64,000 nucleotides of DNA. It comes from Octopus vulgaris (Eukaryota). Positions 26,330-41,550 of the stretch are shown here, in pieces; position 1 is the stretch's first letter; each line of letters starts with the position of its first letter. The stretch is taken from the NCBI GenBank assembly GCA_951406725.2, contig OX597818.1, positions 116,808,001 through 116,872,000 on the forward strand. The letters run 5' to 3'. A model generated the notes under the pieces. It did no database searches and was not told the DNA's origin. It saw only the letters and a list, made by a program, of their open reading frames with translations. The position numbers and the translations under genes were made by a program.

Positions 26330-26765
26330 GTTTACTCTTTTACCTGTTTCAGTCATTTGACTGAGGCCATGCTGGAGCACCGCCTTTAGTCGAGCAAATC
26401 GAACCCAGGACTTATGCTCTGTAAGCCTAGTACTTATTCTGTCGGTCTCTTTTGCCGAACCGCTAGGTTACGGGGACGTAAACACCAGCATCGGTTGTCA
26501 AGCGATGCTGGGGGCCAAACACAGACATACAAACACACACACACACACAAATACACACACACACACACACACACACATACACATATATATATGTTCATAT
26601 ATACGACGGACTTCTTTCAGTTTCCGTCTCCCAAATCCACTCACAAAGCTTTGGTCGGCCCGAGGCTATAGCAGAAGACACTTGCCCGAGGTGCATGCGG
26701 TGAGATTGAACCCAGAACCATATGGTTCGCAAGCAAGCTACTTACCACACGGCTACTCCTATGCC
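26330..26765 (-). mobile_element. Full-length CORE-like SINE with internal microsatellite
   Basis: Head at 26765, central (CA)n, 3' half ending GCATGGCC...GACTGAAAC. Confidence 0.75.
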
Positions 26766-26967
26766 TGCGTTGTTAAGATTTGTCCGATCATTGGATCAAG
26801 GTTTAATGTTTAAAATAGAAATGGCGATGTCCACAATTTAAACTTTCACCGGACATCTAATATCGCCAGATGGTAAACGGAAAGTCAAATCGATATGGTT
26901 GAAATTCTAATAGCCACGGTTACAAGAGGCTTTAATACAGGAATTATGTCAAAATATGAGGAAATAT

Positions 26968-27128
26968 AGGAGTGGCTGTGTGATAAGAAGCTTGCTTCCC
27001 CACCAATTGTTCCGGGCTCAGTCCTACTACGTGGTACGATGGACAAGTGACCTCTGATATAGCCTCGGGTCGACCAAAGTCTTATCAGCGGAATTGGTAG
27101 ACGGAAACTGAAAGAAGCCCGTCGTATA
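26968..27128 (+). mobile_element. CORE-like SINE 5' half
   Basis: Same family as 494-660. Confidence 0.7.
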
Positions 27129-27129
27129 T

Positions 27130-27405
27130 ATTATCATCATCATCGTTCAACGTCCGATTTGACTGAGGAGTGGCCTACGAGATGTCTGCACCAGGCTCCA
27201 ATCTTGATCTGGCAGAGTTTCTACAACTGGATGCCCTTCCTAAAGCCAAACACTCCGAGAGTGTAGTGGGTGATTTTACGTGGCACCGGCACGAGGGCCA
27301 GTCAGGCGGTACTGGCAACGGTCACGCTCAAATGGTGCTTTATAGGTGCCACCTGCACAGGAGCCAGTCCAGCGGCACTAGCAACGACCTCACTCGAATG
27401 TTTTT
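27130..27405 (-). mobile_element. SINE/LINE 3' end with (GAT)n tail
   Basis: Minus strand AGGAAGGGCATCCAG...GACGTTGAACGATGATGATG. Confidence 0.5.
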
Positions 27406-27573
27406 TCATACACACACACACACACATATATATATATGAATTTCTCCTTGAAGAAATTTGATTAGGCGTTTTCTTACATGTTTATCCTACATTTACATTC
27501 TGTAATTCTTATTAGCAAATGAAACATGTGTAATTATATCAATAATACCAAAGCATTTTTCAAACTTCCTATT

Positions 27574-27668
<95 letters not shown>

Positions 27669-28273
27669 TGTGTGCATATATATGTTTGTTTCTGTATGTG
27701 TGTGTGTCTGTGCGTGCGTGTGTTTGCGTTTGTCTATGTGTGTGTGTGTGTGTGTGTGTGTCTGTGGTTGTATATTCATTGGGGCATTTTATGCTAATGA
27801 CATTTGTATATAATCTGAAATAATCAAATTAACAACGGTATAAAATTGTTCTTATATTATACATCATCCCTCAAATTAAATTGTCCAATCTACTTTTCCT
27901 TGTTTTGTAAAATAACTTACCCAAGGCACAGAGAGAGAAACGAATGAGCGGGTTATAAACTTTTGCATATCCAGGCGCGCATCTGAAAAATCAAGGGGAT
28001 AACTGAATTAAATTCCAAAGCAATCAAGATAGTTATTAGAAGAAAAACTCGTTAATTAGCTTAAAATTTTGCTTTCCCGCCGCTCACTCTGTTACTTACT
28101 GTAGGTGAATGTGTCTGGAAGTTTAAACTTACGTCTATTTTAGCTATCATTATTGCTATTATTCGTTCTTAGTTATACAGAAATATCAGACCCTGTGCAA
28201 GAAAAGATATGGCGGATCGTGATCTTGTGAAACATTTAAATTTGTTGGAGCGTTCGTCTAGAAAGATTGATTG

Positions 28274-28422
28274 GGGAAGGGCACCAGTCGATTAGATCGA
28301 CCCCAGTACGCAACTGATGCTTAACTTATCGACCCCGAAAGGATGAAAGACAAGTCGACCTCAGCGGAATTTGAACTCGGAACGTAAAGACAGACGAAAT
28401 ACCGATAAGTATTTCGCCCAGC
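28274..28422 (-). mobile_element. Nin-like SINE abutting a CR1 fragment
   Basis: Same family. Confidence 0.65.
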
Positions 28423-28845
28423 GTAGCTCTTTCAGTCTCTCCCAGTAGCTCAGCTGTTCCTTTGATGCAATCATTCTGGTGTAGCATCGCTGAACAGCCT
28501 CACGTTCTACTATTAATTTGACACTGTAGGATAACCACAGTTCAGAGCAGTAGTTCAGACGGCTGAGCACAAATGTCCTCCGTAGAATCAGCATAGTTTC
28601 CTGGTCACTTGTTCTGAAGTTTCTCAGAATCCATCCGACCATTCACCTGCATATTGCCCCCATAATGATGATATGTACGTGAAACGAGGCATCATTGCTC
28701 ATATCAATCCCAGGTCACACACTATATGTAACTCTAGGATTGCTGCTCTTCAGAGTTGGTTGTGGCTTATGAACACCAATGAGCTGGTAGCGGAGGGCTT
28801 AAAATTTACCTGGATTAATTTGCAAGTTGTTTTCTTCAGCCCATT

Positions 28846-28920
<75 letters not shown>

Positions 28921-29268
28921 CATCTCTGTCTTTCTGGAGAAGATTAGCATCAGAAGGATCCTTGACTACTTGTAAAGCTTTTGTGTCGTCGATATAGCTA
29001 GCAAGTACGGCTGACTGTGTAACTGATGGTATGTGTGCAAAGAAACATCATGAACAATAGCAGTCTCAATACACCTCCCAGAGTCACGCCATTCTCTATT
29101 ACTACCTCCTTGGGGAGGACTCCTTTGACTGTCACAGCCTGGTTTCTGCCTTTTAATATGTTATGCAACTACAGTCACAGTTTTCCGACTATACCAAGTC
29201 CCCGTAGCCTGTGACATATCATCCCATGTTCAACCTTATCAAAGGTCTTTGCGAAATCGAGATATATG
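28423..29268 (-). pseudogene. CR1-like LINE RT fragment interrupted by (TA)n
   Basis: YLDFAKTFDKVEHG..., SRLNYCSELW...EAVQRCYTRMI...LSYWERLKEL. Confidence 0.85.
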
Positions 29269-29386
29269 TTGAATATAATCATAATCAACCGATCCTCCTG
29301 TATTTCCTTTTACCCCAATTCAGGAACTTTTCAGCATCCCCTCATGTAAGAGCACAAACCAGCAGACGCAGATAGTAAAACACACA

Positions 29387-29427
<41 letters not shown>

Positions 29428-29455
29428 ACATATACGGTGAGTATGTATGTGTATT

Positions 29456-29490
<35 letters not shown>

Positions 29491-30469
29491 TATGCATACA
29501 AATGCATAAAGAGAAAGAGAGTCAAAAATAAAGTGTGTTTACTCTTAGCTTAAAAGACGGATAGATTGTTGGTTTGTTATATAATCTGGCCGTCTGCTTT
29601 ACAGATAATGCCACTTTTTCTATTACATATGTGATGTTTTTAACGAATGAAGACACAAAGCCTATTCTTCAGATTTGCAGAATTCACTTAATTCTATACG
29701 ATGTTTTTTTTCCCCCCGTTTTTGGTAGAAATATCCAATAATGGATATTTTCTTCTCCATTTCCACAAATGTAGAAAATTCAAGAAATTGATATAAATGA
29801 CCTTTCTCCGGCTCCTCTGACGTGGATAATTTCATAAATCGATTTTGGCGATAGTAATAATCAAAGAATAACCACATGGGGATTTCACTGAAATTGACTT
29901 ATGGATCAGGTAGCTTTGGTAAGAGATTTCAAAACCAACGGCTCGTATAAGATAGGCTACTTTATAATGCTGAATAAACAACTGGGTCCATTAAGTCTCT
30001 GCATTTTCCCTATGCTTTCTCGGCTCTGTATCACATATGGAGAGTAGTGTTTGGTTTACCGTTTTAGTGTTTTTTGTTCATGTGATTACGCTAGGCAAAC
30101 ATGATCTTCGCTCAAGGGCAATGAAAGAAAAAACCCCAAAATTCTTAATTCTTCGTATGTGCTCACGAAATTCTAACTGGAATTTTATCAATAGTATGAT
30201 TAAGAACAATATCAAACTGTAACAAAAATAAATTGTGACAGAGGTTTTTGGCGATAAATTTTGTAGGAGAGAAAGTAATTGGTTAAACAAATTCTAGTCA
30301 TTGATTCGCTACAATCTGTTGATTCAAATCTAAAAGAAAACTAAATTTTGTTTGGCATTTTCCTTTGCACAAATCAGTATATGTAGAAAAATATAAACGT
30401 AAAATATAAATGTGAAATACTTTAGATGGGATGTTATTAAGTTTGTTATAACCTTGGCAAATAGTTCTT

Positions 30470-30845
30470 CTCTAAGCACAAGGCCCGAAATTTTGGGGAA
30501 GGAGGGAGACAGTCGAATCGATCGACTCCAGTACGCAACTGGTACTTAATTTATCGACTACGAAAGGATGAAAGACAAAGTTGACCACGGCGGAATTTGA
30601 ATTCAGGACGTAAAGACAGACGAAATACCTATTTCTTTACTATCCACAAGGGGCTAAACACAGAGAGGACAAACGGATTAAGTCGATAATATCGACCCCA
30701 GTGCGTAACTGGTACTTATTTAATCGACCCCGAAAGGATGTAAGACAAAGTCGACCTGGGCGGAATTTGAACTTAGGACGTAAAGACAGACGAAATACCG
30801 ATAAGCATTTCGCCTGGAGTGCTAACGTTTCTGCCAACTCGCCCC
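30470..30845 (-). mobile_element. Nin-like SINE dimer
   Basis: Same family and same internal junction as 2846-3712. Confidence 0.75.
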
Positions 30846-31989
30846 CTTAACCAGGGCAAATAGTGTCCGATTCACATAGGCTTTGTAAGTTAAAACAACA
30901 TACATTAATTATATTACACATTGCCATTCGCGCTGAATAATATTATGTAGTTATGTATGATATGTTCAAGAGAAGATAAATCGTTATTGTCGACACGATG
31001 ACCAATAATTCCCTATGGCAAAAATGATCTTTAGACGTGCTGCAAATATTAACCAAAGAGTAAACAATTTCAGCAATACTGCCTTACAGAAAATGACACA
31101 CTGGTCTTCACAGGCCATGATATAGAAAAAAAAAAGTGGTTACCTTTGAGCATATATTTGATACATAATAATCAATAAATATCAGCGACAAATGCAATAA
31201 TAATAGTTTCAAATCTTGTCGCGAGGAGAGCAAGTTGAGGGAGATGGTAAATTAAGTACCATTTATGTACTGGGGTCGATCTTATCGACTGGCCCCCTCC
31301 TACAAAATTCCAGGCTTTGTTCCTAGAGTAGAGAAGAATATTTACAGCACCAGTGTGTTTGCTTCATATATAACTTTAATAAATAAATATATTCCTGAAT
31401 GGTGTTAATTTGCATTTATTTTATATTTTTTTCTCATATCAAATCATATATTTGTAATAGAAGATCATCACTCCTCACATCTGTATGCCAATACTTTCAA
31501 CGAAACCGAGGTGTTGATACAAATTAATTATAATTAGTGATTGGAGACTGATGCAGCAATTACATCGATAAATTAAAACAATTTTCGACAAATTAGAACA
31601 AACTAACTTTAAAATGAATGTGTCATTTGCCAGAAATTAGCGAACATATTTTCCTTTTTATCATATTTTCACAGAATATATTATCTCGCAGTAATAACAC
31701 AACTTAGTATGAAATCATTTGTTAATTATTATATACAGACGTATCAAATGATTCATTTATCTTTAAAAAGCTGTAATTCGTTGCTGACCAAATTAGATCA
31801 TATCCATTATAAACAAAATAACCAAAGATGTTATTTTCATTAGTTTTTCTTTATGGATAAAATGACGCTCAATATTTTGACATTGTATTTACACGAAGCC
31901 GTAAATAGATAATGAAACTGTTATGTTGCTTTCTATAATCTTTACCATATATTTTCGTATATTCAAAAGCTTACCGTGGAAAACTGTTA

Positions 31990-32300
31990 ATTGTAATCAA
32001 CGAGACCAATATCCAATACGGTCAATAAAAAATGTAAGAAAATTTTCATTTCGCTGCCAAACAACCTCAGACATTTGCGAGGTGTAGGTTTGAATAGTTT
32101 TAAAGAACATTTGGGGAATAATTTATCTGAAGTGCCAGATGAACCCACATCGCGACAGGAAAAATAAAGAAGGGTCGCCCAGTGCAACTAACCACGACGC
32201 CAGAAACAATTCCCAAGAGAAAGTAAGTGTGTAAACAAAAGCGAATGACACAGAGGGTGGTGTCACAGAAAAGCCGCAGCCTCTGGCTTCAACCAGTAAG
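31990..32300 (+). pseudogene. CR1-group LINE 3' end
   Basis: SLPNNLRHLRGVGLNSFKEHLGNNLSEVPDEP. Confidence 0.6.
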
Positions 32301-32600
32301 TGGAAAACTAATAAATTAGTACAAGCATAATCTATTTAAATAGTTATTTGGCTTGACTGGAGAATTCTGCTAAATGTTTTTGGAAAAACTATGGAACGTT
32401 AGATTAGAATTAAGATGACATTATATTATTAGTTGTAATGTTCATAACTATTTAAACCCAAGCAATGGTTTCTTTCCAAAGGAAATCTTCTCCAAATACC
32501 ATAGGCAGCATATGTTATTGAATCAGGAATAAGTTTTTTTAAAGTACACAGAGTAGCAATCAGACAAGCCCATGTACAGATGTACACATATACATACATT

Positions 32601-32642
<42 letters not shown>

Positions 32643-32674
32643 CTCACATATTTATATATGTATATATACATACA

Positions 32675-32736
<62 letters not shown>

Positions 32737-33465
32737 CTTACACGCACACATTTATACATGTATTCTGCCCGTCATTCTGAAGATTCTGGTCGTTCCCCGC
32801 CTTAAAGCGGGAACAGACTAAAACCAAATAATGGCAGACCTCCAGCATGGCTGCTATGCTACGATTTAACCCTCCCTCCCCTCCTCAAAAAAAGTAATAA
32901 AAGAAAGCGAATAAGTTCACTTTCATTCTTTCTGAAATAAGTGGGACAGATCTATAATGAACAACATTTCCGACCACATTGAGAATAAACCAATGAAATA
33001 CGAGCATATCAGACATCCGCATGCAGGTGAAATCAGTGATCAGTGTTTCTCGTAGAGCAATCAGTATTGAAAGAGGATAGAAAAACCAAAAAAGTGTTAA
33101 ACAAAAGATGATACGCTATCGTGTGATGGTAAAACATAGATATTATCATTGAGATACAAAATGGAAACCAAATAATTAATCTTACGTATCTGGGGGATAG
33201 AAATATGAAAAATAAGATGATTAAAACGTTTATATGCCTTTGGATTTAATGACGATTTTTTTGAATCAGTTGGTATACCCACTTGATATTTACTTGATAC
33301 ATGTAGCATGTGAAAATCTCATTAACTTCACAAATTAAACACTTTATCGGTTTTCGCGGTGAAGAATCACAGGTTTTATTACATTTTGTTTTTTATTTTA
33401 TATGAAATGAAGTTATAGAAATTGATTTTGACTACAGGATATAGATATAGAAAGAGAAAGAACAA

Positions 33466-33499
<34 letters not shown>

Positions 33500-33502
<3 letters not shown>

Positions 33503-34014
33503 AAAAAGGGACAGGCAAAACAGGTTGCTTGACCGCATACCGAAAAAAGAAGGTTTGAGGTACGTAGCATTTGATAAATCTATGATAAATCTTTTTCAAT
33601 GGAAAGCTGTGCTGAAGAAGGATGTGAAATATATATGCAATATATATGAAATATATACCAAAAATATATGGAATATATATTCAATATGTTTATATTCCAG
33701 AAACATGATGTTCACAGATAACCGCCAGACTTCGTATTCGTTATCTATTCCTTCTGTTTTGCATATGTGAATCACAGGGTCTGTCATGCCCGGAGTCCAA
33801 CTTTGATAGAAATAAGCATTCTTGACTGCTATTTCTATTTTTTCGGTATGCGGTCAAGCAACCTGTTTTGCCTGTCCCTTTTTCTTATATACAATATATA
33901 TACTGAACTTTACAGAAGCTCCTGCCGGTAATCGGCTATATTTACATACCGAATTCTACCAGTAAATAATTGAGGTTTTTTTAAAAGCCTTTATAGAAAT
34001 TATTTACTCTTATC

Positions 34015-34018
<4 letters not shown>
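33500..34018. mobile_element. Foldback element with hammerhead, family B
   Basis: Perfect inverted arms 33500-33548 and 33838-33886. (TA)n on both sides. Confidence 0.75.
33607..33717 (+). ncRNA. Type I hammerhead ribozyme motif with canonical core and long AT-rich stem II
   Basis: CTGTG|CTGAAGA|AGGATGTGAAATAT...ATGTTTATATTCCA|GAA|ACATGATGT|T|CACAG. Confidence 0.75.
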
Positions 34019-34073
<55 letters not shown>

Positions 34074-34082
34074 GTATATATT

Positions 34083-34227
<145 letters not shown>

Positions 34228-35191
34228 AAGGAAAATAGGAAGATAATTAATTAAAATTAATATGTTATGAAATATTTTGATGATAAATGGACGTTGATAA
34301 AAATTATTTGGAAATTGTTATTAAGTTACTTGCAGAAATGAACGTATAATTATGCTCGTTGATTAAGACCCTGTATATTCATGAAATTATACATACACAC
34401 ATGCAGACCCTCTTGCAAACAAGCACACACTCACAAGCACACACACATACATGTACGTGCATCATTTTATTTACTTTACTAAGTACTTTACTAAAATATA
34501 CATTACAGGTTCATATATCTCTCAAACGTATCGGAACTGATCATAAGTTTGTAAACAAATGACATTCACCGGTACACATGCGCGCGCACACACATACACA
34601 CACACACACACACACGTGCGCGCGTGTATACAAACTTGAGATCAATTCCAATACGTTCGAGTTATGAATCTGCAAAGGCTTTTCACTGCAGTTTGTCGTG
34701 GACAAAAAATGTATATCATAAACCTCACTGCTTCGTGAGTCTACCCACGAAAAACTTATGTAGGTTATTTCAAAATCGCCATTCTAAAATATTGCAAAAG
34801 TAAAAAATAACAAAAAAAAAAACATGGATGCCATACATGTAAAATGAAGAAACAACATTTTCAAGATTGCTTGGTTACGGAGAAGAATGAATATCCTCTC
34901 TGCTCTAATTCTTGGATTATATGTATACGGAATATGTAACATTCTTTAGTTAACACACAAACACATTAATTACATATTTTTCTACACACATCCGTTGAGT
35001 GAAAAGCATTTTTAGAGGGGCTGCGTTACCTTACATAGGCCATGGAGGTAGAACGCGAAAGCATTGACTCTTACACACATATATCGAAGCCTGACAGTCT
35101 AGAAAGTTTGAAGTCACAGGCCTTTCAAAAAATCTTGTCTTCGCATCATACAGATCATTCCTATGATCTCCATTATGTTTTGTTTGATATA

Positions 35192-35728
35192 TATTTCTTT
35201 ATTGCCCACAAGGGTCCAAACATAGAGGGGACAAACAAGGACAAACGGATTAAGTCGATTATATCGACCCCAGTGCGTAACTGGTACTTATTTAATCGAC
35301 TCCGAAAGAAAGAAAGGCAAAGTGGACCTCGGCGGAATTTGAACTCAGAACGTAACGGCAGTCGAAATACCGCTCAGCATTTCGCCCAGCGCGCTAACGG
35401 TCCTGCCAGCTCGCCGCCTTTCTTTTAAGGATGAAAGGCAAAGCCCACCTCGGCGGAATTTGAACTCAAAACGTAAAGACAGACGAAATACCTATTTCTT
35501 TACTACCCACAAGGGGCTAAACACAGAGAGGACAAACAAGGACTGACACATGGATTAAGTCGATTATATCGACCCAGTGCGTAACTGGTACTTAATTTAA
35601 CGACCCCCAAAGGATGAAAGGCAAAGTCGACTTCGATGGAATTTGAACTCAGAACGTAACGACAGACGAAATACCGCTAAGCATTTCGCCCGGCGTGCTA
35701 ACGTGTCTGTCAGCTCAGCTCGCCGCCT
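35192..35728 (-). mobile_element. Nin-like SINE cluster (monomer plus partial dimer)
   Basis: Same family. Confidence 0.75.
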
Positions 35729-36600
35729 AATGCTTTGTATTATATAAAAGACGTCGATGACATATTGTAGATGTTATAACATATCTTATTGTGTGTGGGA
35801 TTCTTTGCTTTGTCCAATCTTATGAGAGAACTTCTCACCCTTCTTCTATATCAATATGAGATTATGATCTGAGATGTTACTTTCTTCTCGTGTCACTGCA
35901 ATCTTTCCATCTTGAAGGCTGAATGTTTCATCTTTCACATAAAAAACATGAAGGTTTTCGCTCATTAGTGAACGAAGCAATAAAACCAAATTTTAATTAG
36001 CTAAGCTTTAATATGCCGTATTTTCCCTTCTTAGCAACGTGGACGCAGCCGCAGTGAAATTAATGAACTTTAATATGAATCCGAAATTTATCAAATAAAT
36101 AGAAAAACACATAAAAACGTGTTTTTATGGTCCTTGTAATTGGCTTAAAATATAGAAAAAATACTCTCCAATATGACAAAAATTTAAATGTTTTCTTTTA
36201 TATTCATCTCCTTTATTTATTATTTTTTGTTTTTCAAGATGCCGATTTTCACAGAAAAACATAATAAACTTTCATTCCACTGGTAATGTCCGAGATCTGA
36301 TATCTGTAATTTGAGTAACTTTGTTATTCTAATATATCTGAATGACAACACGATATATTACGATGATATTGTGTCAAGTGTTACTTTATGCCGTTGCAAT
36401 GTAATAAGCCAGTTCGGCTAATTTTCTATATTTTAAGCCAGTTCGGTTCCTATTTTCACCCTATTTGAATGGATGTGAGAACGGTGCAGGTAAGACATGT
36501 TATGCTTTATGTCTTCAGAAAAGACAACATCAGAAATATTCATAGTTTTAATGGAAAAACTTTCTTAAATGAAAGAACCAGTCGATGATAGTTAGAAACT

Positions 36601-36722
36601 TGTAAGGGAGTTACAAATATGTTGTCCGGTTCAGTTTAAAGAAGTCTTGCTTAGATCCGAATGTAAGGGAGTTACAAATATGTTGTCCGGTTCAGTTTAA
36701 AGAACTCTTGCTTAGATCCGAA
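36601..36722. repeat. About 61-62-bp tandem duplication
   Basis: TGTAAGGGAGTTACAAATATG...AGATCCGAA occurs twice. Confidence 0.9.
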
Positions 36723-36829
36723 TTTTATCGAATTTTATCGGTTGAAAACGTATTCTAATTTTAGAAGTTGAATTCAAACCAATCATGGGTAATGTGTTCT
36801 TCATTCCTTGACAGAAAAGGAAACCTGTG

Positions 36830-37046
36830 AAGGTGGCGAGCTGGTAGAAACGTTAGCATGCTGGGCGGCGAGTTGGCAGAAACTCTGAGTTCCAATTCCA
36901 CCAAGGTCGATTTTGCCTTTCATCCTTTCGGGGTCGATAAATTAAGTACCAGTTACGCATAGGGACGATGTAATCGACTTAATCTCTTTGTCTGTCCTTG
37001 TTTATCCCCTCTATGTTTAGCCCCTTGTGGGCAATAAAGAAATAAG
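36830..37046 (+). mobile_element. Nin-like SINE
   Basis: Same family in plus orientation, with a duplicated head. Confidence 0.7.
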
Positions 37047-37957
37047 AAAAGGAAACATGTGTCTTGCATAGTTTGTTAACAAATGCTTTCAGCGCAGGAT
37101 TACGAATAATGTCACTGGAAGAATGCTTTATCTTCTCCACATCAGCCCCTGGTGCACCTTTAAAGAGGTCATCTTCTAATTATCTGATAAACTCTTGCTT
37201 TATACATCTGGCGTGTCAGAATGACATCAATGCACTACTTGGCGAGTAGTTTCATAGGGTGCAACATCCTTGCAGTAAACTAAAGACTGGTCCGGGCTAC
37301 AGTCGAGAACTATGAAGGATCAAAGCATAGAAAACATTCTTCAACTGACATCATCATCACGTGAATATCAAGTCTACATCATCCCGGTGATTGGAGCAAA
37401 AATGATACCTTGGCAGAGGTTTGTTTTGGGAGTAAGTATTGGCGAAACACAGTCTAAGTGTGAATATTGCCGGAAAGCAGTAAAAAACTGATGTCAACCT
37501 TAGCCTTCTTATAGATGAATAACCGTGGAAGGCAGACAAATTTTATGTACTAATTTAGTTCAAGTGTCAATATTAATAGTTCTGCGGATCTCTGAACTTA
37601 AGTGGCTTTTTGAGAGGCTTGTCACGAAAATGATTTCTTACTATTGCGAGATAATCACCTCACCAATCGTCGGTTTGAGTATCGTGAACCTGTATACATA
37701 CATACATTCATGCATACCTACATACATACATATGCATGCCTTGATATGCGGCTCTATGCATGAGAATATATACATAAAACATACAAATCTGCACATACAT
37801 ACATTCATACATACATACATGCATACATATATGCATACATACATACATGCATACATGCATGCATACATGTATACATGTATACATACATGCATACATGCAT
37901 GCATACATGTATATAAGTATACATACATACAAACAAAATTATCCTGTTATTGATGTT

Positions 37958-38006
37958 GGAATTCCAATGAAGGAGCCTTGGATCTAGGTTAGAAACTGGT
38001 TCTTTC
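37958..38006 (+). ncRNA. Hammerhead-like remnant in a PLE-type tail within (CATA)n
   Basis: CCAATGA|AGG-AGCCT..AGGTT-A|GAA|ACTGGT|T. Two core changes and a weak stem I. Confidence 0.3.
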
Positions 38007-38499
38007 TCTATTGGCAAGAAATCTTGAAATAAAGTGAATAATGACATACATACATAAACACATATATACACGCACATATATATAATCGGTTTCATTTACA
38101 CAAGAATACTGAAGGGCGTGTGTGTGTTTGAAAGGTAAGTGTAAAGGATGTTCGTATAGAAAAATCCCATTTAGTGAGGTGTTCTACTAATAAAAACGAC
38201 ACGGTATGCATCAGAATTAAGCGAAACGTAATCACCTCAGAAGCAACTGCGAGGGCGATAGATACGTACTTCAGTGTGGGTGAGACTTGTCAGTGTTACG
38301 GAAAACGTATTTGTTTCTCTCACGGTTACTCTTTGTGGGTGATTTTGTTTGTATATTGTCCTTTTACGTAAGACGTCTATACAGAGACATCTATCCGATA
38401 AATAAACTGAAGCATCTAGCTTCTAACCACGCACCTCAGGTCTCTTGGATGCATAAATACTTTACTACAGACATACTTATATTTCATTATTTGAATTTC

Positions 38500-38656
<157 letters not shown>

Positions 38657-38723
38657 CATACATACATATATATTTATATATATATATATACATACATATA
38701 TATATATATACATATATATAAAC

Positions 38724-38755
<32 letters not shown>

Positions 38756-38800
38756 TGAGTACCTTACTTACTGTGGTTAACCCCGAATCAACCCGGGACC

Positions 38801-38918
<118 letters not shown>

Positions 38919-39132
38919 CATACATACATATTGTTATATTTCGGAATTGTCATATTGCCAGTTTAGCCAATAAAATATGCCCATTCCGAAATATAACAAT
39001 ATCTGTTTCAACACATGACTTCACATAAAAAATCTTGCACAACAAATATTTAAACGTATACATACATATTTATATATATATATACATATATACACATATA
39101 TATATATATGCATACATATATGTATATATGTA

Positions 39133-39164
<32 letters not shown>

Positions 39165-39185
39165 CATACATACATACATATATAT

Positions 39186-39218
<33 letters not shown>

Positions 39219-39740
39219 CATACATACATGTATACATACACACATAGACCCACGCACACATATCTGAGCACGGGCACAAGCATTCACAAACGTATATGCC
39301 GGCATATATATGGCAAAAGTGAAAGAGAGAGTGAGAGAGAAAGAGAAAGACCCTTTAATCGTTAATTATACTTATGTAAATATGAACAGAGGACGCCTGA
39401 CAAAATCTTCCATTATATATCGTATATACTTTATCCCTTTAACGGACGTAACTATTGAATCTAACAGCTGCAGTGCGACTTCATAATATCAAACAAAATA
39501 GTTTGACAAATAATTTCTCGATCACTATAGAAACCGTGGATGGTGAGAACATTTCATTCGGCTTAGATATATCTGAGGAATATTATCTGACGGAGAAATT
39601 ATTTGTACGTTTTAGACCTAATCGGAACAGTGCTGCCCTCATATATTTATATTCATAAGTATTAATTTATCTATAATAATCTATCAATCACTTTCTGTCT
39701 GTCTGCCTTTATATATGTGTCCGTGTGAGTGTATATGCAC

Positions 39741-39784
<44 letters not shown>

Positions 39785-40027
39785 TCAATAATAAAGGGTG
39801 AAATTAATTAATTTAGAAATAATCATTAATTTCACCAAGTAGAGTTCGGCATGTAAAAGACCCATTCAAGGAAGGTTTAAGTAATACTAATTAATTAAGG
39901 GTTCAGTAACGATTTGCCTCACTACACACCGAATTTAGAAATAGCAGTCAAAAAGTTTTGGCTATTCTTTCTACTTTTAAATTCGGTGTGTGGTGAGGCA
40001 AATCGTTGCTGAACCCTTAATTAATTA

Positions 40028-40030
<3 letters not shown>
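39785..40030. mobile_element. Foldback element, family B-related
   Basis: Inverted arms 39885-39937 and 39978-40030, (TA)n on both sides. Shares the TTCGGT.TG.GGT.A.GCAA motif with 33840 and 57497. Confidence 0.7.
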
Positions 40031-40115
<85 letters not shown>

Positions 40116-40976
40116 TTAACATATAGGTGTATGTATATACACACACGAGCATACACATGTATGTGTTTATCCGTCTTTACGTGTGCATGCATGCGTGATA
40201 TTTTGTGCTGGCAAAAGGCCTTTCCTTAACTCACAATGAATTGGCGTTTATGCAAGAAAGGATTTCTTTGTATAAAGCACCGGATATAAACGAAAGCAGT
40301 CACTGCATCGATTATTTTTCTAATAGAGTACTTTCGGGCTGTACCCCCCCGAGGACGGATATGGAACAATTGAAAAAGACCAATAAAATATGATAATATG
40401 ATAATGCGTATACACAAACACAGACACACACATGGGTATCTGTGTGTGTGATTTTAATTTATCAAAACTCAAACTGAGGCTTTGCGTGACGCCTCGAGTT
40501 TCATGCAAGTGCGATCATGAGGCGAAACTAGCATGGCTTGGTATAGGTAGAGCATATATATATTCGTTGGTTTTAGCGGTTTGGTGGTTAGAGTGTTCGA
40601 CTCCTAAATAAATAATACGTCTGACACGGGATATATTAGATCCAGAAAATAGCAAGTCAACTGACAACACTCAGCTACCCACCATTTCATACAAACAGAG
40701 AAATACAAAATGCCGCACTTTGTCCATTAAGTCCCACTGTCCTATAAACAGAGCAGTAAATAAAAACATTAAATAAGCTATATCACATCGTATATTTCCA
40801 TCTCTGCTTGAAGCAAGGAGTTTTAATAACTGATTGTTTTTTCATTTTAATTTATTTTCAATCGTCTGTGAACATTTAAAAGTAATATTCAGAAATTTGA
40901 TTACTTTGGGACTTAATGCGTTAAAAGCGCGCCCTAACCACTGGGCCATTGCGCCTCAACGTGTATATATATATAA

Positions 40977-41029
<53 letters not shown>

Positions 41030-41499
41030 ACTGCATTTTGCTATGCGTTTGGCTTATTTTTGCCTCTCTTTGGTTGTGTAACTGTTTCATAAAATCGTCA
41101 GCTCACCCACTTGACGTTAAGCAAAGTAATAACCTAACGATATTTACAATACAGCAAATAATATTTGCATTGCTCCCGCTTGTCAATATATCTTGCTTTT
41201 ATAAAAGAACAACAGCAATTAGATACGCTACTCCTTACAGTTATCTAAATGTTTATTCAATAGCCACCATGAATAATTTACTTATTATCATCTCATTGGT
41301 CCGCTTTATATTGCTAATCTATTACTGTTAGCAAGAAGTGCGCTCGTACAAAGCAGGATTATGTACGTATATTCTATAAAATAATTTTTAGTTTCACATC
41401 TAAGTGTCAATTAACATTTCAAGTGGTATATATATGTTAGGTGGTGTTTCAAGGGAATTAGTAGTAGTTGTTTGCATTTCTTAAACGATTAAGAATTCG

Positions 41500-41550
<51 letters not shown>

